Assembly: GCF_006345805.1 (NCBI RefSeq)
Contig: NW_021826031.1
Span: 604,566 to 668,565, forward strand
Direction: 5' to 3'
From: Octopus sinensis
Lineage: Eukaryota
Length of the DNA: 64,000 bases
Shown here one piece after another: positions 13,063 through 23,483 of this stretch (positions are counted from its first letter, which is position 1; every line of letters begins with the position of its first letter). Below the pieces are notes generated by a model that was not told the DNA's origin, searched no databases, and saw nothing but the letters and a program-made list of their open reading frames with translations. A program made the translations under genes and the position numbers.

Positions 13063-13943
13063 TACAGTCAACTGTTCTTAAGAGGACTCTGGAGAGTGTC
13101 TCGTTTGATGCTCGCCGATCCAGCCCTTTCCTGACGTTTAGTCAGCAAGAGGCGCTGGACTGCACCTTCTCGAAGGTCTACAGTGCCAGAGAAGAGGAGG
13201 AAGAAGGGGAGGAGGTGCGTGGAGTGCCGCCTTCTGCTCACTTCGAAGGCTCTGGACTTAGTTAGTAAAATTACTTAGTTAATTAGTTTCTTTCTTAATA
13301 AAAATTAAAATCAATTCAATTATCTCTTCCTGCATTGTTTCGTTCATATCTTCTAGCACACATGAAAACGGATCAATCATCCATGCTTCAAATTCAAAAT
13401 CAAACAAATCTTTGAATCTAAGAGATATATCCGCTTCTAGTTCCGTCAAATATTGTTTTGACTAAAATATTTACTTATCTCAGATAGTTATGAAATGTTT
13501 CCAAACTGATTTATAGAAAAAAATTATGTCGATAAAGCAATAATTTTCTTGCAAATGTTTTCATTATTCTTTTGCAATCAATCATGTTGACAAAATTTCC
13601 TTGAAGAAGAATAGTAATTTCATTAAATTTTGTAAAAATCCAATTCAAATAGAATATATCATTTTTTTCGTGAAATGATTTCTTCAGTTTAAATCAAGTT
13701 TTCTTCAGTTTGCAAAAATTGCATTGTAAAGATTAATAAATCTTTCTAAAGCATTTCCTTTGAAAGCCATCTTACTTTCGTATGTAATAAAAGTCGAATA
13801 AAATCTTCATCAGCATCCTTACAAAACTTTGCTTCTTGTTTTTATTTTGTTAATTGTTTTGATTACAATGTTTAAAGATTGATGTAAATCATAACATAAA
13901 ATCTTCGATACCAGTGGATGGTGATGTAAAATACAAAGAACGG

Positions 13944-14778
13944 GGCGATATCGTGTTTTAGCGTCTTAAAATCATAAGGGACCAATTTTGATTAGAAATC
14001 GCAAATAAATTAATATTATTATATTATTTTTTAAAAATTATTATAATTATCAAAATAATTATTATCTGCAACGCTTTAACAGTATTTTTGAATAATGTCT
14101 CGTGGAAGGCCGTCTGCATCGACTATTATTGTTAATAATACTCAACCAACATATGATTTGTTACTATTTGAATTGAATCACCGAGATTTTGTGGAAATAA
14201 CAATGACCACGCAAGATACGGTCAATTGGTTGGCTCAATATCAGCTAATCAAAAATTCGATTATCTGTACGGATTATTGGCCAGCCTACAATAGAATCGA
14301 ATTGTTAGGATATGCCGATCATTTAAGAGTCAACCACAGCCGCAATTTTGTTGACCAGAACAATCGCTCCACACATACGCAGGGAATCGAGTCATTGTGG
14401 TCTCACGCCAAGAAAAAGCTAAAAAGGATGAATGGAACATCCCGTGTTCTTTTTAATTCTCACCTGGCGGAATTTGAATGGCGGTGGAGAAATGATACGT
14501 ATCCCTGTGGAGGCGGGAATGCATTTATTAAAATGTTAATAACTATTAATTCTCAGTATCCTTTGTCTTAATAATCGAGTTTTTCACTGTTTTCATGTTT
14601 TACTAAGTTGCTGTAAAAAATGTAGTTTTAAAAAATTTAAATTTAGGGTTGCCACAGTATGTACATATAATTTAATTATAATAATTTTTAAAAAATAATA
14701 TAATAATATTAATTTAGTTGCGATTTCTAATCAGAATTGGTCCCTTATGATTTTAAGACGCTAAAACACGATATCGCC
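13944..14778 (+). mobile_element. Merlin transposon, internally deleted copy B with an open 158-aa ORF (14095-14571)
   Basis: Same TIRs as 6114. Perfect 8-bp TSD aagaacgg (13936-43, 14779-86). IS1595-type motifs I.TD.W.AY, VNHS.NFV, HTQGIESLW..K, HLAEFEWR. Confidence 0.92.
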
Positions 14779-15075
14779 AAGAACGGTAATGACCCATGGA
14801 TAATCTTTAAGAAGAAAAACAATTCCCTTATATCTCCAACCATTGACATCGCAGCATCAGTCGCACAGGAAACCAAATTTTCAAATAATATTTCATTTGT
14901 TTCAAAAAACACTTTTACTACGGAATATATTAACATTCCAGTTGTACAGGTTTCTAATAATTCGACAAACAATTAATCCTCATTTAATACACATTCATTA
15001 TCGAAATACCTAAATTTTATTAAAAAAATTCGAAAATAACCTCACAAATCCCATTAAAACAGCTTTACTATAAAC

Positions 15076-17021
15076 CAGGCATTCTCAACCTTTTTTTGTT
15101 CATCGCCCCCTAAGATATTTTATCGCCCCCTTTGAAATTTTATCGCCCCCTTGTTCACATACAATTAAAAAAATTTTTGGCATTGTCCCTTAATTGGTTT
15201 TTTTTGTATATAACTCAAAAATCAAAATATAAAATAATAAATCAAATGTAAAAAAAATTGAATTTGTATTAAAATTATTAGTGAGACCCTTGATATTGAT
15301 GTTTACTCGCTAAATATTCTATGTCGGGTTTAATTTTGCTCAACTTTAGGCGTATATCGCCTCTATAACACACTTCCAGTCTATTTCTTTCACATTGTGT
15401 ATTATGATTGACAAAACTAAATCCACTTTCAACTAAATAAGTGGTAGGGAATGTCAATAGTACATTACTCATTTCCTTCCATAAATTTGGAAATTTCATT
15501 TTTAGATCTTTTGATTGCCAAAATTTAGAGATACCATCCTGTTGAAATCTGTGAATATATTCTTCATTATATTTCAATTCAATTATCTCTTCTTGGATTG
15601 TTTCGTTCATATCTTCTGGCACACATGAAAACGGATCAATCATCCATGCTTCAAATTCCAAATCAAACAAATCTTTGAACCTAAGAGATATATCCGCTTC
15701 TAGTTCCGTCAAATGTTGACAATATGTCATAATATTGTTTTGAATAAAATATTTACTTATCTCGGATAGTTGTGAAATGTTTTCAAACTGATTTATAGAA
15801 AAATTATGTCGATAAAGCAATAATTTTCTTGCAAATGTTTTCATTATTCTTTTGCAATCAATCATGTTGACAAAATTTCCTTGAAGAAGAATAGTAATTT
15901 CATTAAATTTTGTAAAAATCCAATTCAAATAGAATATATCATTTTTTCGTGAAAGCATTTCCTTTTGAAAGCCATCTTACTTCCGTGTGTAATAAAAGTC
16001 GAATAAAATCTTCACCAGCATCCTTACAAAACTTTCTAAAAAGACGATCACATTTGCTTCGTGTTTTTATTCTGTTAATTGTTTTAATTACAATATTTAA
16101 AGATTGATGTAAACCAGGACATATAATCTTCGATACCAGTTGGTGGCAATGTAAAATACAATGAACCGTAATGACCCATAGATAATCTTTTTCAATAAAA
16201 GAAACAAATCCCTTATATCTTCCAACCATTGACATAGCACCATTAGTCGCACAGGAAACCAAATTTTCAAATAATATTCCATTTGTTTCAAAAAACCCTT
16301 TTACTACGGAATATATTGACATTCCAGTTGTACAGGTTTCCAATAATTCGACAAACAATAAATCCTCATTTAATACACATTCATTATCGAAATACCTAAA
16401 TTTTATTAAAACTTCGAAAATAACCTCACAAATCCCATTAAAACAGCTTTACTATCTACAATGACGCTTTCATCAATTTGTAATGAAAACTTACTTCGCT
16501 TCAGTCTTTCAATAAGGATTTCCTTTACATTGTCACCCATTTGATCAATTCTTCGACGAATCGAATCATTGCTAAGAGGTAGACTTTTAATAAGTTTAGA
16601 AGCATCTTGATGCACTACATCCGATATTATTACTTCCAGTGATGGAATTATGCGATAGTATGAGAACTGGAATTTTTCGCAATAATTTCAGCAATTTTAT
16701 AAAAAGCGATGTGCGCACCCACAACTACATATAGATAAATGTTAAATAACCATCATGTACTAGAGAGAAGACATCTTGGATACCAAACAAGAATGTAAAA
16801 ACAGCGTGCTATTTTAAATATAAAATTTAAGGATAAACACTATAGAAAAAATATTAATAAATCTGAAACATTATTAAAATTAACATGTATAAATACTTGT
16901 ATTATATTAAAATTCGAATATTTTATTAAATATATTATCGCCCCCTTGTAAAAAATTATCGCCTCCCTGTACAAAATTTTCGCCCCTAGGGGGGCGATTC
17001 GCCCCCGGTTGAGAACACCTG
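15076..17021 (-). mobile_element. Buster-type hAT transposon with both ends, internally deleted, inserted into its own family
   Basis: TIRs caggcattctcaacc / ggttgagaacacctg. Perfect TSD ctaTAaac (15068-75, 17022-29). Subterminal atcgccccc repeats. Motifs FSLQIDES, CAT.GA, HCILH, LLHTEVRWLSKG, TTYLVESGFS. About 250 bp of the BED-finger region is missing relative to 17340-17585. Confidence 0.93.
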
Positions 17022-17649
17022 CTATAAACAATGACGCTTTCATCAATTTGTAAAGAAAACTTACTTCGCTTAAGTCTTTAAATAAAAATTTCTTTTACTT
17101 TATCACCCATTTCATCAATTCTTCAACGAATCGAATCATTGCTAAGAAATAGACTTTTAATATTTTAGAAGCATCTTGACGCATTACATCCGATATTATT
17201 ACTTCCAATGGAATTATTACATTTTCTGCGATAGTATGAGAACTGGAAGTTTTCACAATAATTTCAGCAATTTTATAAGAATGGATCTGCGCTCCCACAA
17301 CTACATGTAAATAAATTTAAATAACCATCATGTACTGGCTTTGTGAATAACGATTTGATCGTTTTCTTATTTTCAAAATTGTATTTTAAAGTTTGAAAAT
17401 ATTCAATCTGCTTTGACATTTTATCCGGGTGCTTGGGTTTGAAAAGATCCTGTAATCGTGATGGCTTCATCGCTTCATTTGAGAAAAAACAAATTTGACA
17501 ATAAGACTGTTTCGTATCTTCAGTACATTGAATAAACCCATATTTTAAATATTCTTTTTGATAATGACGACTTTTCTTATTTGATCGAGAAGATATCTTA
17601 GATATCAACCAAGAATGTAAAAACAGCGTGCTATTTTGAAAATAAATTG

Positions 17650-18760
17650 AACCTTTCTCGACGTAAGTAATTTGGAATCCTCTTGTAAATTATAAGAGCA
17701 TAAAGTTTTTGATGTCATCATCACATCGTTATCCATAAAGGCAGTAATTTTCTACTCCCGTTTTGGTTTTTTGTACTCTGATATGGGGAGAGCAGACTTT
17801 TGATGTTCTTTTTGCAAGATTTTTACGTGAAGTTTCATAAGTTTGTTAAGCTCCTCTTCGCTGTAGTCATCCTCCAATAGACTTTTCTCAGCATAGTGCG
17901 TTTTTCTAATGGCCTTCTGAATTGACATCCGTCGAACTATTCCTGTTCATGGAGGAGAGCACTCGGGACCACTTGATCTTTGTGATTTAAGATCTCAGTT
18001 TTTTAAATCTTTGAGCTGGAGCTTAATCTCTATAGTTGGAGAGGCTGACTTTTTAAGTTGGATTTTTTTAAGGGTGCTTTGCTAACTCTCTTTGCTAAGT
18101 TGTTGTGATGTTTAAAAACAGACAGCACGAGCTTTCGCAATAGAACTGTTGACGTAAGTGATTATTTTGTGAGAGAAGTGTAATCATTCAAACAAAAGTT
18201 CTGCAATATGATCATTCAGCGTTCAGTAAAGTTTTTAGTCCATGTGTTTGCAGTTAAATAAAAATTTCTTCGAAAAACCAGGATTCCTTCTGATTCTCAA
18301 AATCATGAGTTGTGATCACTGTTTGAATTGTGAAATAACGACGAGGATGTTATTGCAGACAGGGTTCATAACATTACAAATGAAAATTATTTCTTTTGGA
18401 CAGCTAACATGACTACAGAAGCAATTTTTTATTTGCGGTTTTTGGAATCCAACTTCAATAAACCATATTAGGTTCTCTTTGTTGTCGTAGAGAAAAAAAA
18501 TTAACAAAGTTGCTGACCGTTCTAAAATCCTCATTTACATTGGATGTGACATCAGAACTCTCATCTAACCTCAACAAGCTCGTTAAAGGGAATAATAACT
18601 CCTCTTAAAAAATAAGAACCAAGTGGTCTGAGAGTTTTTGATATCAATATACACGTTTTCCTTAGAAAATTCTCTTTGTTACGATTCCACTTTAGACCTG
18701 TTCGATAAAAATTTTAGGTAGTCTGTAGATTATTTCTGTAAAATTTTTCAAAGCGCTTTG
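17650..18760 (-). mobile_element. Highly degraded RLE LINE fragments
   Basis: Remnants such as IFFLYDNKENLIWFIEVG (18316-18534) parallel 19860-19920. No long ORF. Confidence 0.5.
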
Positions 18761-19107
18761 ACATCAACGTAGCGAGTATTAAAAGATTTTCTATCAAAAT
18801 GGGAACTCTGATAATCACCTTTATACATATCGATCGTTATGTCGATAAAATCATAATTAGACGACTTTCAAATTTTTGTTTCCGAGTTCCCCATGACTCC
18901 ACTTTGATCGTCCCCGCCATGATCCTCAATATCCTCCTGGGGCGTGCAGTCTCTGGGTCTCTTAAGGGACTTGCTGATCTTCATAGAGAAATTATATTTC
19001 AGCCAGTCCTTATTTACGGAATTTGCAGAGTCCATGATTTCACTGAAGCCATGTTTGTACTCGACAAACATGCTCTCCAGAGTGGCCTTCAGCGTTACAG
19101 TTTAGAT

Positions 19108-19650
19108 CAGGGGTTCTCAACCTTTTTAGCTCAAGGAACAAATCGATAATTAAGATTAGCTTCGCGGGCCGCACAAAAAATATTTTATATATTTTACATT
19201 TTACTAAATATTGATTCGCATAAATATGTAGATTCATATATGCATTGTGCGTTATATTTTTGAATTTGTCTTGAGGAATTAATTCGTAAAAATTAATAAT
19301 GGACGCATTTTTGAACAATGCCGCCAGTTCTATATCATGTTGTAAATTAATGAGTTCTAGTTGAAACTTTGCAGGCGCATCCTTAATTTCCACGCTGAAT
19401 GGAGTTGCGAATATTTTCATTAAAGGAAGGAATTCTTTAAAATTCTAAAAATTAAATTTATATAAATGTACCCCAAAACGTGCTTCAAATTGATTAATGA
19501 AATCATCAATTATGGATATGTTTAACCTTAAGAATGAATAATTAAATTTAAACATTATTAAAAAATTAAAAAAGTTAGTTACTCTAAAGGGGCCGCAAAA
19601 AAATCCTGGGGGCCACATGCAGCCCCGGGGGCCGCATTTGAGAACCGCTG
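19108..19650 (-). mobile_element. Non-autonomous hAT (Buster/SPIN/Charlie-like) element
   Basis: TIRs caggggttctcaa / ttgagaaccgctg. Perfect TSD gttTAgat (19100-07, 19651-58). gcggcc(c) subterminal motifs. Remnant FATPFSVEI..FQLELINLQ. Confidence 0.9.
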
Positions 19651-20542
19651 GTTTAGATGTAAGAACGAACACGTTCTTCAATCCCAAGGAGCTTCATGTA
19701 CTTGCGGTAGAACGTTGAGACGATTCCATCCCATGTAATAACAATTGGCACAATCTTCACCTTAGCCTTGTGAATCAGTTCTAATTCACTGGCTAAAATG
19801 TCGTATTTGTGCAATTTTTCTACTTCCAGACTCTTTAGGTTATCTATTGAAGTCACAACCACTTCAATATGCCATATTAGGTTCTCTTTTTTGTCGTAGA
19901 GGAAAATGTCGGGTTTGTTATATTATTTTTTCAACTCTGTTGGAATTGTTGTATCAACTCGTATTTCTGCCAAGGTGTTGCACATAATGCTCGGACAGAG
20001 TGATTTTTCAGTCTTCTGGATTTTTTGAATCCAAATCTACGGCACAAGTCCATGTGGATGTATCTCACAATTTCATTATGTCTTCTTGTATAATCCGAAT
20101 TAAGCATCCTGTTGCATTTAGTTATTATGTGATCAACTGTCTTATTGGAAGATTTACAATGTAGACATTTTGAATTAGAGTCTCTGAAAAAATATTCCTG
20201 TTTTGAAGAAGTGAAAACATAGCTTTAGATTTAGGAGATAAATTCCCTTTCTTAAGCCATGTTGAAGACGATTGAATATCAAAATTGTTATCATCAAGGG
20301 ATTCAAATAGCTTTGAGTGGAGTGTTTTCTTCTTAATATTGGACAGTAAGGACTCAATTCGCAATCTATTCAGTGATTTGGTTATCTCTCCTTGTGTGTT
20401 CGTTCCATATTTACAATGCAGGAATTCTGTGATCATGGCCATATGGGATTTTCTTTTCTGCTCGGCCCACAGAATTGCTGCCTTCCTTGGAGAAATTAAC
20501 TTTGCCTCTCTAGATTTTCACGAAAAATGATTAACTTTTGCC

Positions 20543-20984
20543 TGAAAAATGATTGGGAATTGAAACCAACATTCAAACGAAAGTCCTATCAACATTTTTG
20601 GCCACAGGCGGATATTTCTGAAAAATATCTTGTGTTATGGGAGAAAGCTAAATTATTTTTTATCGCTTTTCCTACTTCTTACTTGGTTGAGAGAAGCTTT
20701 AACGTTCTATCTCAACTCGTGGCCAAAAGTGGCCAAAAGTCGAAACCGCTTAGAGTCTAAGCCTTAGACGTTGCTAAGAGAGGAGATCTACGGCTTGTCT
20801 TACGAACATAAAGCCAAATGTAGAACTTGTTTCTAAATTCATACAACGTCATTGTTCTCATTGATTGTTGTTATAAATAAATTTATTTTTTTCTTTTTAT
20901 TTCCATGTAAATTTTCATGGTGGGCTATATTGCTAAAAAGTTTGTTAAAGGGGGCGACAACAAGAAAAAGTTTGGGAAACACTG
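20543..20984 (+). mobile_element. 3' end of a Buster-type hAT (same insertion as 47462-48737)
   Basis: AFPTSYLVERSF remnant. Terminal aagtttgggaaacactg followed by catTAgtc, the same flank as at 48737. Confidence 0.85.
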
Positions 20985-21265
20985 CATTAGTCCAAAACTT
21001 CAAGCAACGGTCCGTGTCAAGACACTCATTATGTTGGAGGGTAGAATTGAGTCTTCTATAAAAGGATTTTCTATACAACTAAAAATGTATGTTATCCTAC
21101 CTGACTGTCTTCTTGAATCAGAAATATTCAGTTTCTTATTAAGAATTTTAATTTATCATTTATTGCTGTCGAAATTCTTTCAAATTCACCTCTTTTCAAT
21201 TTTTTATAGTTAAAAGAACAAATAATATCCGTTGCATTCTTTTTCTCATCACTTACTGTAGAAGT

Positions 21266-21371
21266 TTTTTTTTTATTTTTTAGCATATTAATCTATTTTA
21301 TAATCAAATTAGGTCAAGAGAAAAATTGTCATTGGCAGATAGCCAGAGTAGGGTCCGAGTAGAGGACCCGG
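21266..21371 (-). mobile_element. Short 5'-truncated retroposed insertion specific to copy 1
   Basis: TSD gtagaagt (21258-65, 21372-79) and poly(T) at the left end. Empty site ctgtagaagtaaaa at ~49817. Confidence 0.8.
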
Positions 21372-21535
21372 GTAGAAGTAAAAAACTTTGTACATAAAAT
21401 TATTATTTATAAAATAAAATTCCGATGACAAATAAAACGATATTACAAAATTAAAAATAGAATAAGATTAAGAATTATTATTTTACAAATCGATCAATAA
21501 TAAAAATAAAATTATTGACAAGTAACCAAGCGTTA

Positions 21536-22207
21536 ATGTCGGATAGCTCTGACTTGCTAAAATTATATACATGGATTGACACAATTCCCCTCAGTAGAAC
21601 CAAAAAAAATATAAACCGAGACTTTTCTGACGGGGGTTAATAGTGTTCATAAGTCAGCAGAAAACAGTTCTCATGGCAGAAGTGATCAAATACTACTTCC
21701 CACATTTGGTGGATCTACACAACTACGTCCCTGCCAACGGAACTCGCCAAAAGACAGAAAACTGGAATCTAATTAACAGGCATGTCCAGATGGTCATTGT
21801 TTAGCAAAATATTCCACAAGCTTGGATTCGAACTTACGAACAAGGAAATCTCAGACATTGTCAGCAGCAAACCACTGATCATCGAGAAGGTCCTGTTTTA
21901 TATTCTCGACAACTTGACCTCCTGGACTGACAGGAAACCCAAAGTCCCCGGTCCTCTGAATTATTATATTGAAGGCCCTAAGGAATACGACAAAAAGGTA
22001 AATTTGAACGAAAAAGTAAACAATTTGGCTGAAATTTCGCAAAAGAACGAGATCATTCAAGTTGGTTTTTTATAATTAATTTAAAAGATTTTGGAGGACA
22101 AAATCCATAGGTTGGAGAGCTTAAATACGCTCAAGGACATCAGAATTGACGAACTAACCCTGAAGGTTAAGAATCTTGAACAGCTAGTTCTCTCTAAAAA
22201 GAACTAA
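21536..22207 (+). CDS. SPEF1: Sperm flagellar protein 1-like (CH domain plus C-terminal coiled coil), spliced
   Basis: MSDSSDLLKLYTWIDTIPLSRTKKNINRDFSDG|VLMAEVIKYYFPHLVDLHNYVPAN...NWNLIN|KIF...IQ|ILEDKIHRLESLNTLKDIRIDEL. Introns 21636-21667, 21780-21804 (GC-AG) and 22061-22087; possibly one more in-frame 24-nt intron near 21950. Confidence 0.9.
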
Positions 22208-22951
22208 AATAGTCTAAATAATAAATTGATGACTTAAAATATTTGTTTTTTTGATATCAATAACCTTTAATGTGAATAAATCGGAAAACAAATTAATTAA
22301 CTAAAAAGATGGTCGAAAACCTAAAGGTCAGCACAATGACGCTCCGCTGGGTATTTAGTAACAGTTTCCGTGAAGGACAACAACCAAGATTTTTTGAAAA
22401 AGCCTCCGATCGTTAGTTTTCGTCAAAATTTTTTAACCAATATCAGAAAAAAGTTGAGTCGCAGGCTTGCCGACGGATCCAGAGATTTTGAAGAAGAAAG
22501 GGACAAGTCAAAATCGTCCGAAATACATACATATTTTGTGCTCTTTGACTCTTCAGCTTAAACACTAGCGGAACTCGGTTTGCTGACTGTCTTTGCTAAC
22601 ATCGTCGTAGAAAACAATTTAACACAAGTGACTCCCAAAACCAAGGACTTTATTTCCTTAAGAGGAAAAGTATTCATCCCATTAGAACGCTTCTGTCACC
22701 CCGGCAAAAACCGACTGGCCCTAGAATGGAAGGAAACCTGTCGACGTATTAGTATTTTTGTCAGAAAAACAACAAAAATTGTGGTCATAGGTGACTACAA
22801 ATTTTAGAAACTTGACTTAATGAAAGTTTTAATAATTAATTAAATGTGAAATCGTTAATTTTAGTCAATGTACAAGAGCTCTTAAGGCATTACTTAAAGT
22901 TTTGGAATCGACTTGAGCAATATTTTATCATTATCATAACAGAATTAAATT

Positions 22952-23370
22952 TTTATTTTATTTATTTATTGACCAAAAGACCAGGGTAAGCCAGTTAATT
23001 ATAATCCCCGTGATCCCCGATTCAAGCGAGGGAGATCCTTCTAAAAGGTTCGATCCTGCCCACATGATCGGACTGAGACGACGATGTCTTAGGGTCAGAG
23101 TTCTAGAAGTCCTTTTTTCGGTAGGCATTAAGTGCCTCCTGAGGGTTTCCATATCCGACTGGAAATTCCAACTGACATGGTGGACCCTATAACGCCACGC
23201 TAAGACCGGAAGGAAGGTAAGAGATCCCCATTTTTCAACTGTGTCGTGCCAGAAGTACTCATTGCCTCGCGGGCAAAGGAACGATAACGAGAATTGACTC
23301 TAGGATGAAACTAGCCTCCTTCGGATTGGAACCAACGACTGTCCAGATCCATTATCCATAGCTAAACTAC
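22952..23370 (-). mobile_element. Probable degraded LINE 3' fragment
   Basis: GC-richer island ending, on the minus strand, in a (TAAA)n tail like that at 28848-28861. No clean motif. Confidence 0.45.
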
Positions 23371-23483
23371 AGAATTTAATGATATATAATATATTTGAAA
23401 ATATTTTTATTGCAATTTTGTTGATATTTATTTTTTTTTATAAAATATATATAAAACAATTTGGTTTATAAATATATTATTTT

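Larger units (their letters stand above)
7485..13310 (+). mobile_element. Apparently full-length R4/Dong-like RLE non-LTR retrotransposon (family 1), frameshifted, with two nested DNA transposons
   Basis: 13-bp TSD tcaattcaattat (7472-7484 and 13311-13323). RT motifs YRPITC, ENQLG, WVDVKKAYDSVDH, RGILQGDSMSPLLF, NHLMFIDDIKLF, YKYLG, RLYL...GRGL. CCHC CNHC..DH...KC. RLE motifs RHNE, NRPDIVV, VEVG, EKRRKYD. Confidence 0.92.
1031..17640 (-). mobile_element. Old Buster-type hAT transposon (ZBED5/ZBED8-like transposase), fragmented by nested insertions; 5' end lost
   Basis: TIR caggcattctcaac at 1031 preceded by gctTAgac. Pieces at 1031-1391, 7356-7484, 13311-13943, 14779-15075 and 17022-17640 join across TSDs into one sequence collinear with the copy at 15076-17021. 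Motifs YLKYGF, C..C..SNEAMKPSRL, LSNDSI, TYLVESGFS, RNRL..RGDIRLKL. Confidence 0.88.
18790..21200 (-). mobile_element. R4-like RLE LINE (family 2), RT region deleted, interrupted by hAT sequences
   Basis: N-terminal KSFYRRL..CLKFW (20985-21080). C-terminal LHSKLF..SSTWLKKGN, RRHNEIVR, NKPDIFLYD, EVEKLHKYD, IVITWDGIV, SYI|TVTLKATLES to the stop at 18868. Collinear with family 1. Confidence 0.82.
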
